A stretch of DNA of 64,000 bases from Candidatus Marinacidobacterales bacterium. GTDB lineage: Bacteria; Acidobacteriota; Vicinamibacteria; Marinacidobacterales; DATDRI01. Positions 31,501 through 37,791 of the stretch are shown here, piece after piece. Location: NCBI GenBank assembly GCA_965226495.1, contig OZ245365.1, forward strand, positions 4,416,001 to 4,480,000, given 5' to 3'. The notes beneath the pieces were generated by a model, which worked only from the letters and a program-made list of their open reading frames with translations, did no database searches and had not been told where the DNA came from. A program made the translations under genes and the position numbers. Numbering within the stretch: position 1 is the stretch's first letter; every line of letters begins with the position of its first letter.

Positions 31501-31609
31501 TCGTCGGGCAAAGCAGCGCATAGAGCAGCGACATGAGCAAGGGCGCACGCCGCACCGGGGGGACGGAACTCCTAATCCTGCGCTTGCTCCTTGGCCGGAC
31601 CCACACCAC
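19514..31609 (-). CDS. Giant secreted multidomain protein (zincin, prenyltransferase-like repeats, CARDB x5, FlgD-Ig, beta-propeller, CBM9-like, Ig/Fn3) ending in a Hint domain and PD-(D/E)xK nuclease toxin
   Basis: 4031-aa uninterrupted ORF; GAGG before GTG; AHEVMHQW; QNxDGGW repeats; five 'DP...V.E..E.NN' CARDB ends; four SPNGDG motifs; 'T.EHPFWV...GW..A..L', 'TVYNFEV...HTYFVG....VHN'; 'G..GE', 'IDVL', 'VEVKT'. Confidence 0.9.
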   Translation of the reverse strand: MVWVRPRSKRRIRSSVPPVRRAPLLMSLLYALLCPTMLFAQASGPIESLISSGEFEARFVEDRDHISVIELIGNYSRQLEDGSFNLEPRTLIAQEFYLQHPDNFDFLIIFTTFEFNTSDPDSGDVLAFHLGVQNQVSGIGLPVFDNTDFFGSEGRLLGYVDMAALGRWKTDPLNPDFEQLLATMAHEVMHQWCCFVEFNGPESSALLGAQDAHWSFLLDTDASIMYGHDWRDQGDGTFLGRDARRFYSPLDLYLAGFFAPEEVQPFFLIDNPEIDRTRLPERGATVSGTASPVTLDDIIAVEGLRSPSAAESQKDFRAAFILLKRPGDEVTSGLVAALSRVRDAFQTRFSVVTGGRAIVQVFPEARLDVARGEPSGIDPGTIRPTEASIADGLAWLRLQQTTEGFWEDTPPTRLRDTTVSLEMLSDLDPVFAGKARALDWIGALAPPNVDGLARQARSLTRLLDGGEDARSELLDLQNEDGGWGLSPGFRSDPLDTALAVLALGDRPGVEAAMSKAGDFLVAHQNLDGGWSNVLEGASRARVTTLVLAALKAVGRQTEVSTRALEWLASRQNPDGGFGDSPSTVHDTASVLRTVIALDALATIRAEEAGSYLRTRQTLEGSWAGSTYATALAIDALQRSAFLNWRFAGPIQASPAEPRDGDRVELTLQVANDGATVAPSGLVRFFDGDPDSGGVSFADVELPSLSAGRTATVKVFWDSFDLPGNHTLVAVLDPDSAVNELSELDNRARLDIEVAPAPAEADLEIRPVDIVVTPPAPATLPTTLGFSVQARNLGRTDAADVSVEFWVGSPEGGELLETKMVNFPQRQTTVVNFSYLLLQAGVTHFTFRLDPEDDIVEASEGNNRASTSVTTLPTLDLEVVPADVELVDGAALRGEDATFRITLRNRGTVDTPSTAVRYAILDGGSVIELGRNVLQLDGGETLTQTVLWRVDRIGDLSFLAELDPDASVPEVDETNNLALLPFTTEDIGPANLSIRSLELSFAPDPGLEGAPVTLAAVVNNSGGELASNVMIAFYDGNPGEGGELIGTTVISELAPAASVMAEFVWSPVPDAGDRFIFVVADPDDLIPEFREDDNSGFKKLEVLSLPDLAISPAALRLEPRFPRPGDTVTLTLTNSNLGEQGADGVVAQAFEGDPDGAGMQVGGDQVFSVAGLAGAEVSFTWTFTGGETRPIVALLDPADLILESSKVNNRAQINVAAQEGNVFVTHRHISPNGDGIQDSTELFYGLDEPADVRIEVRNERDEVVRTSDVLSGDTGSFEWDGLDHRGRLVTDADYALLAVGSAGTTIGRATVSVDTNRSSLLRAVGTDFELFTNLTCELPTVSYFQTTDDEEFFYFAITGTGDPLFARGIYRVDSSGGGLQELIPADFFSATESPNELRVNRTGTRIAFEKGFRGEIWTADGRGNNRRPVINQIGTDIVDFAEGGETLLVRRESGRLLEAHPLGGFLPPREVFRGTGSLFDITISPDERQLVLRQFSSGPATVLVGIATGEMTDLGVVSRNHAWSPDGQRLAVVDQTGPEPQLVIFDARGERLRTIRFPLTPHPDQESGDLELDFVETPSWSSFGDELVVRVSYSIDFFSFFFDRLFVVNTVTGEVESIAQSHLEVGESYRIHTWDGTAWVARGVLHYGLEYAEQELDLSEHLPDADGEFKVKITQSGHEAAHVDNVTLRVGDHIFLPDRALRDDTGDDVLDEVGYADYEVIDLHERGVELGWSGLPEGEPVRLNLIAREETLSGLRVRPLRYPREEGVYNYRLSSEEGLKVDGLQTSADGLDEPLFEQWSKPDTGHPAATVVGWAGSDDEHLYAALDFTVDNTVDGGRDWAELQVLTSEGVKAFRITTADSRYGIVGFTHTGRVLHPHKYYEFKIPLAEIGAAPGDVLSLAFEAYGSAAETLEDDDFIDTFGDDFWVPNERAVLDSSFSRTLAFLLDEDNRRVELFEDFNHRAVRGFSPTGRQLLFQSRDARNDVTSPCFLRGFADEWSFRSLMNLTADLRARRSSTVGGVLIEGTAADLHFSHYTLEFARASSPGSFSPIGPPAAEPVVDARFTTWVPPSPGSYLVRLTVHDLAGNQRRAVKRVSWNDIPSITDLFRTPQFISPNGDGIQDSATVGYRVLEPISLEFGFFNDKGDRVRTIERDHPVIGLQELVWDGRDQRGLPVPDGEYRMTVQNFEFFIHVDSTPPEVELLLKSAYQRVNSSSSGEEVAGVSPQLVFTVVDPNLKEDFRELGEGADPLSWSPLTPGFLLAEDDGSLTRFLDLDEFVGNRFRLDASDRAGNRTLVTTPLGLEEIVVTDFGSHILSEEGKLERLEEVRFVPTTSDDGIGAFIQLAQGDARFNLAETVREEIDEVHVQFRPFAQVFWQETRIEQFLPVGFNPVPPSFEIPEPRFQFVWDMAGVMPGVVTVLRLRMVDLEGNEHFSNTFQVLTDGLFYGGPLPTPPDEPPADVARFVEEKKNVFGLRDIVLWAQEFMALELEEIQLFIQSDEDPRYANEQSFEPKAVTDGVILFGFDDWVACKAYKSFVVVVTEPFVDPATGETARRRIRSREVGFKSPCLTISVEIAPVVAESCGDPAPQLLQFVVTPDSGKGTSLQLLTMARLLPDGQEDILFSVNRPPIEEPQRFLLETQDLEPIESFVFRLSDVDDDRTERTIRLPIDQSPPTIAINFPLEGQRICGVPREIGGEIRNVFDVEGVVDDDVAAEYRLVLSRDGQAGLTFEISPPLVVPLGAAGGFRIAGTLGTYGDDEPAFTGDATLRLEASDWGGALVCTETNFFFDGEVEGAGLRSDLRLFSPNGDGTLDDVTLEIESQELAFVDLEIFPGFIDEKRRPVVTGSRVRTLLSRFSLLDLAFEIWDGTNDGGARVPDGTYLVFADYEDACGNRARRWVEVEVDNTPPETNIAFPQLGDPITMIVEVVGSVSDRNFQAYGLDFGIGLAPETWARIFASATELDAEVAGVWNTFGLEGDITLRLLGRDLAGNEGETFVSLNLASRTNLIQDLEATPRLFSPNGDGRRETSSIRFALDIDARVFLTLLEPGDVPVRTLVDGQVLGFGAAVRPWDGKTDGGDDAPDGLYAVLLRAELPGNPSVNQEERVTVIVDRTPPVVVLDAPEPDGFLTGEAAIQGSIEDERIQSYVISITNEPAAPVWTELARGNANRMNAILARLDALEDGDYAVRVEAEDQAENRAEVIIPFEVDNTAPVVTLTGPAEGSFLSGASGPTPVLGTVVEEHLETYRVEFAPGAAPLPDAFVEIFAATELPTAAELTQWDVSSLDDGPFTLRLIAEDRAGQTGEARVLVTVDNTPPVVAITDPDDGGFLVGVQNLVGTASDEHLTRYAVSIAPGEKDVAAAFTEIGVGLSSVTDGPLIELRAPPPDGLYTLRLHAEDAAGNEASTLSEVHVDLTPPAPPIQLTVELEDGDSARLNWTANTEPDLAGYHVSRDGERITTELLPDTTYLDPDLLEGTYVYTVVAVDLAGNQSDPSNPAELVVDVTPPTVRIQRPSTGETVSGLVDVKGTAFSQDDFKEYRLFVGAGETPTTLELLRRSPVPIQSDLLAQWSTLGLTEGAPFTLRLEGEDLTGNVGVDTVVVIIDNLPPAAPTGLTATEVASDPDAVINDVQLDWDPNTEDDLLGYLLFRDDRLANADGLVVGDLRNFVITPDEFLDLNLPDGHYTYEVFAMDEAGNLSEPSLPADAEIDTRPPAAIIVSPLDGTAFDTALHVLATTEDRDVAEVQFEFKAAADIDWLPLGAADLAEPWEGNLDPDALSLSFGDYDLRAVATDRGSLIDPTPASTPNKETLDLDLVASDGTSETLGVTKEHPFWVTGRGWVEAGQLREDDSIFTARDGWLKVRQVRGSPRGAETVYNFEVAEDHTYFVGKTEAWVHNQCKTVSGKQPKGKTGLGIKRQGDLGEEIILEKLLRNPKVRVKGTRISVKTAKNPQRRVIDVLIIRKRDGKLFNVEVKTVGAKRPRAQRAKDVELEKKGGTFVGDRAADAELQGATGRITTVEAKVSLKKLLERIADKQ
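19517..19930 (-). other. C-terminal restriction-endonuclease-fold toxin domain (138 aa)
   Basis: Highly basic; QGDLGEE...RRVIDVLI...FNVEVKT...Q, the E...D...ExK order of PD-(D/E)xK nucleases. Confidence 0.75.
19931..20209 (-). other. Pretoxin Hint (intein-like) domain lacking its N-terminal block A
   Basis: Block B TKEHPFW, block F VYNFEV..DHTYFV and terminal His-Asn (19931-19936) are present; no upstream C-F..GT.V motif, and the sequence joins directly onto an Ig-like repeat (…DPTPAS|TPNKETLDL). Confidence 0.8.
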
Positions 31610-31612
31610 GGG

Positions 31613-32017
31613 TCACCTCTGATTTGGCTTTTCGCGGCTCGGGGCCGGTTTCTTCGCCAGCTGGTCGTCGGGGGGGGTTCGATGTAGAACGAGAAGGCGG
31701 GACTTTTGGCCTAAACCTTTGCTCTTGAAGAGCCAGACGGTTCGTATTTCCCCTGGCTCGTCGGGAGAGTCGGCCTCGAGACGCTCCTCGAGAACCAGCC
31801 GATCCTCCAAGACCTCTTCAACCACGGCGGTGGTGCCGGAAATCGAGCTTCCGATCTCCAGAAGCTGGAGCTTTCCCTTGGGGAGCCGAACCACGGCCTT
31901 GCCGTCCACCGAAGAAAGGGAAACGAGGACGACTTCCTCGAGTTTGCTATCTTCGACCGCTTGGGCGGGGAGAGCCAGCAAGAGGGAGAAAATTGAGATC
32001 CGCAACACCATTCCCAT
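31613..32017 (-). CDS. Small exported protein resembling the PilP / GspC-HR beta domain
   Basis: Signal peptide; 'LEEVVLVSL...KAVVRLPKGKLQLLEIGSSI....AVVEEVLEDRLVLEE' follows the PilP/GspC-HR pattern; stop lies 3 nt before the giant gene. Confidence 0.55.
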   Translation of the reverse strand: MGMVLRISIFSLLLALPAQAVEDSKLEEVVLVSLSSVDGKAVVRLPKGKLQLLEIGSSISGTTAVVEEVLEDRLVLEERLEADSPDEPGEIRTVWLFKSKGLGQKSRLLVLHRTPPDDQLAKKPAPSREKPNQR

Positions 32018-32263
32018 GCCCTTCAGCCAACCGACAAAAACCCATTAGGGACTTAGACTTCCGGTGGTCGGCTTCTACTGTTCGCGCGTGGCTGGGGGTC
32101 GCGGAACTCGACCGGGAACATATCACGTTTTCGTCGCAGGGGAAACAGGAGAGTTGGTCGAGGCACCTTGAGGTTTTCGGGCTCACTCTTTGCCCGCTTC
32201 CGCCAGTTGATGTACGTTTCGACGCCTCGGGAGATGCCGGCTTCTTCGATTTCTCTGTCCGAC

Positions 32264-32968
32264 CTAGATGGGTTCAAACGTAGCCCTTACCCAGGTGTAG
32301 TAAACGCTGGTGATCGACTCGAAACCGGAATCGGTGCCGACGAAGAGCCATACCGCTCCCGAGGAGTCCGAGGTCACGTTGATCGACCCCGAATCACTCG
32401 AGAGCTGCTTGAGCTCCCACTGTGGCGTTTCCCCGCATAGGATCGAGTTCGCGACGTCGCCAATCGCCAGGGCGTCTTCGCCGCTGTTCGTCTGTGTCCC
32501 CTTGTCCACGGTCATGAGCCAGAACCCGCCCTCGGCCATCCGGTCCGGCTCGACCGCCGAGACCCCTGCCTTCACGGTCACGCCCTCGCCGGGAGCTCCA
32601 CCGACGCCGAAACATCCATTCGGAACCGCCGTGGCAAACTCGACACCGAACTGGACCCGGTAGGGCGTGTCGGGCGAGAGCCCCGCGATCTGCCCTTTGT
32701 AGTACATCCACAGGTCATCGCTGTGGTTATTGCCGAAAATGAATAAGCCGTTACCGGATCCGCTCAAGGGCTCGGGAAGAGGCCGATAGTCGGCCACCAG
32801 CTCGTAGAACTCGTCCTCCCCGACCGGATAGTCGGCAAAATCGCCCACCCATCCTCGGTCGGTTTGGAGAAAATCGAGAGCGACCGTGATCGCCTCGTCG
32901 TTCGAACAGGCTGTAACTGAGACGCTGGCCGTGAGAAGAAGCAAGAACGTAAGAAGATGTTTTGTCAC
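32264..32968 (-). CDS. Uncharacterised lipoprotein (beta-rich)
   Basis: Lipobox VTAC; 234-aa ORF overlapping the dipeptidase stop (GTGA). Confidence 0.7.
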   Translation of the reverse strand: MTKHLLTFLLLLTASVSVTACSNDEAITVALDFLQTDRGWVGDFADYPVGEDEFYELVADYRPLPEPLSGSGNGLFIFGNNHSDDLWMYYKGQIAGLSPDTPYRVQFGVEFATAVPNGCFGVGGAPGEGVTVKAGVSAVEPDRMAEGGFWLMTVDKGTQTNSGEDALAIGDVANSILCGETPQWELKQLSSDSGSINVTSDSSGAVWLFVGTDSGFESITSVYYTWVRATFEPI

Positions 32969-34347
32969 TTGTCATTGTCCTCGGAAAGATGAAAGAGGAA
33001 TCGAACGTATGTTTCGATGCCTCGGAAGAAGTTCGGTAAGTGGAGTTTTTCGTTCGGTCCGTGAATGCCGTCGGTGGGCATGGCGAAACCCATAAGCACT
33101 AACTCGGAGGTGAGCATGTTTTGTAGCAAGCCGACGACCGGCACGCTCCCCCCCTCCCTTCTGTGAATGGGCGGAACCCCCCAGACTTCCTCGAGGGATT
33201 GAGCGGCTGCCCGTATGACTTTCGACTCGAGGTTTACCGCGGACGCGGGCGCGTGGTGTAGCTCCTCGAGCTCCCACGACACGGTGTCGGGCGCGTTCTG
33301 ACGGAGGTATTCCGAGAGCTGCTCGTAGACCCTTCCGCTGTCCTGATCGGGCACTAACCGTATCGAGATCTTCGCCGACGCTCGGGCCGGAATCACCGTC
33401 TTCGCACCTTCGCCGGTGAATCCACCCGTTGCTCCACAGATCTCGAGCGTGGGGCGCGCACCGACTCGTTCGAGCGTCGAATAGCCTTTCTCACCCCAAA
33501 GCGCGGGGACACCAGTCTCCTTCTTCCAAGCCTCGTCGGAATAAGGAGCCCGAAGAAGCGCCTCGCGCTCTTCTGAGGTCAAGTCCCGGACTTTGTCGTA
33601 GAAGCCGGGCAGCGTCACACGGCCGTCCTCATCGTGCATACCGGCGATGAGCTCGCAAAGAACCTGGAGGGGATTGTGAACAGATCCCCCGAAGACACCC
33701 GAATGTAGATCTTTCTTGGGACCTCGGATTTCAAGCTCGAAGAACGCATTGCCTCGCAACGAAACATCGAGAGCGGGAATATCGGGATTTTCGATCGGCG
33801 CGTCACAAACCAAAACCGCATCACAGTCGAGTTTCTTCCGGTACTTGTCGAGAAACCCGGGAAGTCCCGGCGAGCCGATTTCTTCCTCCCCTTCCCAAAG
33901 GAGCTTCAAGTTCACCGGCAGCCCGCCGTGCTTCATCAAGGCCTCGACCGCTTGGAGGAACGAGATGATCTGCCCCTTCATGTCTGCGGCCCCGCGCGCG
34001 AAGATGTCATCACCACGAATCGTCGGTTGAAACGGATCGCTCGTCCACTCGTCGATAGGGTCGACCGGTTGCACGTCGTAGTGACCGTAGACGACGACCG
34101 TCGGCTTGCCGGGGGCGTTTAGCCACTCGCCGTAGACAACGGGGTGCCGCTCGGTGGGAACGATCTCGACACCGTCGAAACCGAGCTTCCGCAGGCGGTC
34201 CGCTAACCAATCGGCCGCCCGTTGGACGTCCGTTTGATGTTCGCTCAACGTCGAGATGCTGGGTATCGAAAGAAACTCCTTCAGCGTGGCGAGATGCGCC
34301 TCACGGTTTTTCTGGGCCGTTTCGATCGCGCCCTCGATTTCCATCAC
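32965..34347 (-). CDS. M20 family dipeptidase
   Basis: YGHYDVQP, ARGAADMKGQ, EGEEEIGS, DLHSG, EGGSVP, HGPNEK. Confidence 0.93.
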   Translation of the reverse strand: MMEIEGAIETAQKNREAHLATLKEFLSIPSISTLSEHQTDVQRAADWLADRLRKLGFDGVEIVPTERHPVVYGEWLNAPGKPTVVVYGHYDVQPVDPIDEWTSDPFQPTIRGDDIFARGAADMKGQIISFLQAVEALMKHGGLPVNLKLLWEGEEEIGSPGLPGFLDKYRKKLDCDAVLVCDAPIENPDIPALDVSLRGNAFFELEIRGPKKDLHSGVFGGSVHNPLQVLCELIAGMHDEDGRVTLPGFYDKVRDLTSEEREALLRAPYSDEAWKKETGVPALWGEKGYSTLERVGARPTLEICGATGGFTGEGAKTVIPARASAKISIRLVPDQDSGRVYEQLSEYLRQNAPDTVSWELEELHHAPASAVNLESKVIRAAAQSLEEVWGVPPIHRREGGSVPVVGLLQNMLTSELVLMGFAMPTDGIHGPNEKLHLPNFFRGIETYVRFLFHLSEDNDK

Positions 34348-34382
34348 GACTTGGTCTCCCGCTCACAATCGCAATGGGTTCC

Positions 34383-34994
34383 CTAAAGGCTCATCATCAA
34401 AAATCCACAGAAAGCAGGATTATTTGGCGCAAGATTCTTACTCACTTTACCTTTCATCTCGTTAATCGATTTCCGATACTGACGGTAAAAATCCCAAGAG
34501 GGAGTTGCATTGTACTTCAGATCTAGGCCGATCTTTTCAATGACTAACTTTGTGGTTGTAGGCTTAACGAACACTTCTTTGTTTTGGCGGTAATAGGCTT
34601 GAATCACAGTAGCGAGAGGCCACTTCGCAAGCTTTTCTTTCTTAAGCTCATCAACCAATAGATCGAAGCCCTGTTTTTCTTTACCGTGAAGAAGCTCGTA
34701 GAAAGCCTCTGCAAAGATCTCCTTATTTCTCTTCGGCAACTTTGTAATCATGTCCCGAAACTTAGGCTTTTCAAACATCGAAATCATCGTGGAACGTGAT
34801 ACAAGCTTTGCCGAGGCAGCGATTATCTCATTGGTGTCTCCAAAGGAGTTTTTGGAGAGCTTTTCTTTGGCAAATCCTTCGAGTTGCCCCATCTTGTGCT
34901 TTTTTCCCAACTCAACCATGGAGGGGTGGCCAAATCCTCCCGGATACTTTTTTAGGAATTTCTTCTCAGCCGCCTTGAGTGCCTTTGTATTCAT
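34383..34994 (-). CDS. Lys-rich hypothetical protein in an AT-rich segment
   Basis: 203-aa ORF with GGGAGAG RBS; codon usage clearly more AT-rich than neighbours. Confidence 0.75.
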   Translation of the reverse strand: MNTKALKAAEKKFLKKYPGGFGHPSMVELGKKHKMGQLEGFAKEKLSKNSFGDTNEIIAASAKLVSRSTMISMFEKPKFRDMITKLPKRNKEIFAEAFYELLHGKEKQGFDLLVDELKKEKLAKWPLATVIQAYYRQNKEVFVKPTTTKLVIEKIGLDLKYNATPSWDFYRQYRKSINEMKGKVSKNLAPNNPAFCGFLMMSL

Positions 34995-35064
34995 CTTTTT
35001 CTCTCCCTAGATTGATGCCCTTGACTTACTATCCGGCCGTAACATATTACTCATTCACAACACG

Positions 35065-36066
35065 ATGCCGAAAGACACACTCATCACCACCGTCGATTCC
35101 CACACCGCCGGGGAGCCCACGCGGGTCATCACCGAAGGACTCCCGCCGATTCCAGGCGACACCATTGGCCAACAGATGGCCTATTTCCGGGCGAATCTGG
35201 ATTACATCCGCACCGCTCTGCTTCACGAGCCCAGGGGCAATCACCACTTGGTCGGCGCGGTCCTCCTTCCCTCGAATCGTCCAGACGCCGATTTCGGCGC
35301 TTTCTACCTGGATCACAGCCGCTGCTTCAGCATGTGCGGTCACGCGACGATTGGTATAGGGGTGACGCTCGCCAAGACCGGTCGCATCGAAGCCGTCGAG
35401 CCCGAGACGAAGGTGGTCCTGGACACGCCCGCCGGGCTGGTGACCATACGGCTCAGGATCGAGGACGGCCACGCAGTAAGCGGTACCTTGACCAACGTGC
35501 CCTGCTTCCTCCATACCAAAGATATTCCAGTGAGATTCGAGGGTCGGAGCCTGTCCGTCGATATGGCCTACGGCGGCAGTTTCTTCGTGGTGGCGCGAGC
35601 CGAAGATCTGGATAGCGAGATTCGACCTGAGAACGTTCCGAAGCTCGCCCGTTATTCGGGCCTCATCGCGGGTGAGGTTTCAAAGACCATCAGCCCAGCT
35701 CACCCCGAGCATGACGGCCCGGGGTACGAAGACCTGGTCTACTTCCACGGCGATGCCCGCGGCTCACCGGCCGATTTCCGAAGCCTGGCGGTTGGAGGCA
35801 GTGGAAATTTCGACCGCTCTCCCTGCGGGACCGGGACCTCGGCTCGACTGGCAGCGATGTACGCGCGCGGCGAGCTCGGCCCGGGAGAGTCGATACTCGT
35901 CGAGAGCGTCCTCGGCACCTCGTTCGAAGCCAGGATCGCCGAGACCTGCAAAGTGGGAGACTTCCCTGCTGTCGTCCCGGAGATCACGACGGCGGCCTTC
36001 GTCACCGGATACCATCAATTCCTCATTGACCCCGAAGACCCCTTGAAAGACGGTTTTCTCCTGTAG
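35065..36066 (+). CDS. Proline racemase family enzyme, probably a hydroxyproline 2-epimerase
   Basis: DSHTAGEPTR, EPRG, MCGH and DRSPCGTGT (both catalytic Cys present); 'LVGA' and 'RLA' rather than 'MFGA' and 'KMA'. Confidence 0.85.
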   Translation: MPKDTLITTVDSHTAGEPTRVITEGLPPIPGDTIGQQMAYFRANLDYIRTALLHEPRGNHHLVGAVLLPSNRPDADFGAFYLDHSRCFSMCGHATIGIGVTLAKTGRIEAVEPETKVVLDTPAGLVTIRLRIEDGHAVSGTLTNVPCFLHTKDIPVRFEGRSLSVDMAYGGSFFVVARAEDLDSEIRPENVPKLARYSGLIAGEVSKTISPAHPEHDGPGYEDLVYFHGDARGSPADFRSLAVGGSGNFDRSPCGTGTSARLAAMYARGELGPGESILVESVLGTSFEARIAETCKVGDFPAVVPEITTAAFVTGYHQFLIDPEDPLKDGFLL

Positions 36067-36180
36067 CAGGGTGCTGAAGAATGGCCGGCACCCTGCGCGA
36101 GCGGAGCGAGCCCGGCCCGAGTGGGCCGACGAAACGTTAGGCGCGCGAACGAGGAGTGAGCGCGCATTGAGGCACTAGAC

Positions 36181-36294
36181 GTGAACGAGCTCGTTTCTAT
36201 CATCTTTAGCCTCACCCCCATCGCTCTTGCGATAGGCATCGGCATCTGGCGTCGTCGACAGATCCTCCGCCAAGAAGAACGAGACGGCCGTTGA
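36181..36294 (+). CDS. 37-aa single-TM protein, candidate accessory subunit of the SSS transporter
   Basis: GAGG upstream, GTG 36181: VNELVSIIFSLTPIALAIGIGIWRRRQILRQEERDGR*; its stop overlaps the transporter start (TTGA). Confidence 0.6.
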   Translation: MNELVSIIFSLTPIALAIGIGIWRRRQILRQEERDGR

Positions 36295-37757
36295 GCATCG
36301 AGCTCGCTGTTTTCTTGGCCTATCTCCTAGGCCTCCTCGCCTTCGGGTTCTATTTCTACGGCAAGACCAAAGGCGTCGAAGACTACTACGTCGCCGGGCG
36401 TGGGCTGGGCCGATGGGTGCTCGCGTTCACACACGAAGCGAGCGATCTCTCCGGCTTTCTGCTATTGGCCCTCCCGGGGTTCGCCTACATGTTCGGCATG
36501 GCGGGGGCATGGATGGTCTGGGTGGGAACGACCGGCGTACTTTTCGTTTTCGCCATCAACTCGGTCGCGGTGCGGCGATTCGGCCTGCGGTACGGAGCAA
36601 TCACCGTCCCGGACATTCTAGAAACCCGCTACTACGATGCCGAGAAGAAACACCTCCGCATCGTCAGCGTGGTCTTCATCGTTACGTGCACGTTTCTCTA
36701 CGTGAGCGCCCAATGTATGGCGGCCGGTAAGATTCTCGAGCTCGCGTTCGGGCTCGACTACACGATGGGCGTTTTACTCGGCGGAAGCGTGATTCTGATC
36801 TATACCGCCATGGGAGGCATGAGGGCCGTCGCTTGGACCGATTTCGTGCAAGGGATTCTCATGATCGTGGGAGTCGTTCTCGCCTGCGTCCTGGCGGTGC
36901 GCGCCGCAGGTGGCATAGAAGGCGTCTTCTCCGGGCTTCGAGAGATTGACCCTAGTCTGACGACGCCTTTTCCCGACTCCGCGATGGTGCTGATGGGGAT
37001 CGGATTCGTTCTTGGCGGCGGTTCCTTCTCGTATCTCGGCCAACCCCACCTCCAAATGCGCTACCTCTCCGCTCGCTCCAACCGAGATCTCGCCGACGCG
37101 CTGGTCGTCTCTCTCGTCATCGTCTCGATCTTCTCCTTCGGCGCGTTCGTTGCGGGAGCGGCGGGAAGAGTGATCTATCCCGAATTGAGCATGCTCCCCG
37201 GTGCGAGCAACGAGAACATTCTGCTTCATCTCTTCAGCGATCAGTTCCCGGGTTTCTTGAGCGGGCTCTTGCTGGCGGCGGCGATGGCCGCCCTGATGTC
37301 GAGTGCCGACTCGTGGCTCCTCGTCTCCTCGAGCGGCGTGGCGAGAGATCTCTACCAACAAGTCCTGAGACCCGACGCCAGCGAAGAGACGATGCTTCGT
37401 GTCAGCCGCTATGCCACCGCGGGTATCGCCGTGCTTGGAATCCTCACCGCCCTCATCCCCCGGTCGATCATGTGGGCGGTCTGGCTCCCGTGGGGCGGGC
37501 TCGCCCAGTTCGGCCCAGTGCTTGTCTTGGGTATGTACTGGAAACGAGCGACGCGAAAGGCCGCGATCGCTAGCCTAGTGTCTGGCTTCGCGGTCAACAT
37601 GGGCTGGTACCTCCTAGGCTGGCACGAGACTCTGAACCAGGCGGTGCCGGGGATGATGGTGGGGGTGACGGTGTTGGTCGTCGTGTCGCTCGCGGACGAG
37701 CCTCCGCCGAAGGAGATTGACGGTCTGGTCGATTACGTCCGCACCGGCCGCACCTGA
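36291..37757 (+). CDS. Sodium:solute symporter, PutP-like
   Basis: 'EDYYVAGRGLG', 'ASDLSG..LLALPG', 'YTAMGGMRAVAWTDFVQG', 'YLGQPH', 'AALMSSADS'. Confidence 0.93.
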   Translation: MSIELAVFLAYLLGLLAFGFYFYGKTKGVEDYYVAGRGLGRWVLAFTHEASDLSGFLLLALPGFAYMFGMAGAWMVWVGTTGVLFVFAINSVAVRRFGLRYGAITVPDILETRYYDAEKKHLRIVSVVFIVTCTFLYVSAQCMAAGKILELAFGLDYTMGVLLGGSVILIYTAMGGMRAVAWTDFVQGILMIVGVVLACVLAVRAAGGIEGVFSGLREIDPSLTTPFPDSAMVLMGIGFVLGGGSFSYLGQPHLQMRYLSARSNRDLADALVVSLVIVSIFSFGAFVAGAAGRVIYPELSMLPGASNENILLHLFSDQFPGFLSGLLLAAAMAALMSSADSWLLVSSSGVARDLYQQVLRPDASEETMLRVSRYATAGIAVLGILTALIPRSIMWAVWLPWGGLAQFGPVLVLGMYWKRATRKAAIASLVSGFAVNMGWYLLGWHETLNQAVPGMMVGVTVLVVVSLADEPPPKEIDGLVDYVRTGRT

Positions 37758-37777
37758 AATCTCGCCCGGGCGAGATT
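37758..37777. repeat. Perfect 20-bp palindrome between convergent genes (GCCCGGGC-core family)
   Basis: AATCTCGCCCGGGCGAGATT equals its own reverse complement. Confidence 0.75.
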
Positions 37778-37791
37778 CTCTCTTGGGTCGA

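Noticed and set aside
19514-31609. RHS/YD-repeat or CdiA-type toxin
   Set aside because: No YD repeats, DPxG core end, haemagglutinin repeats or VENN motif visible
36067-36165. GC-rich stems ending in GTTAGGC, resembling the right end of an integron attC site
   Set aside because: No matching RYYYAAC left end, no integrase and no cassette array in the window
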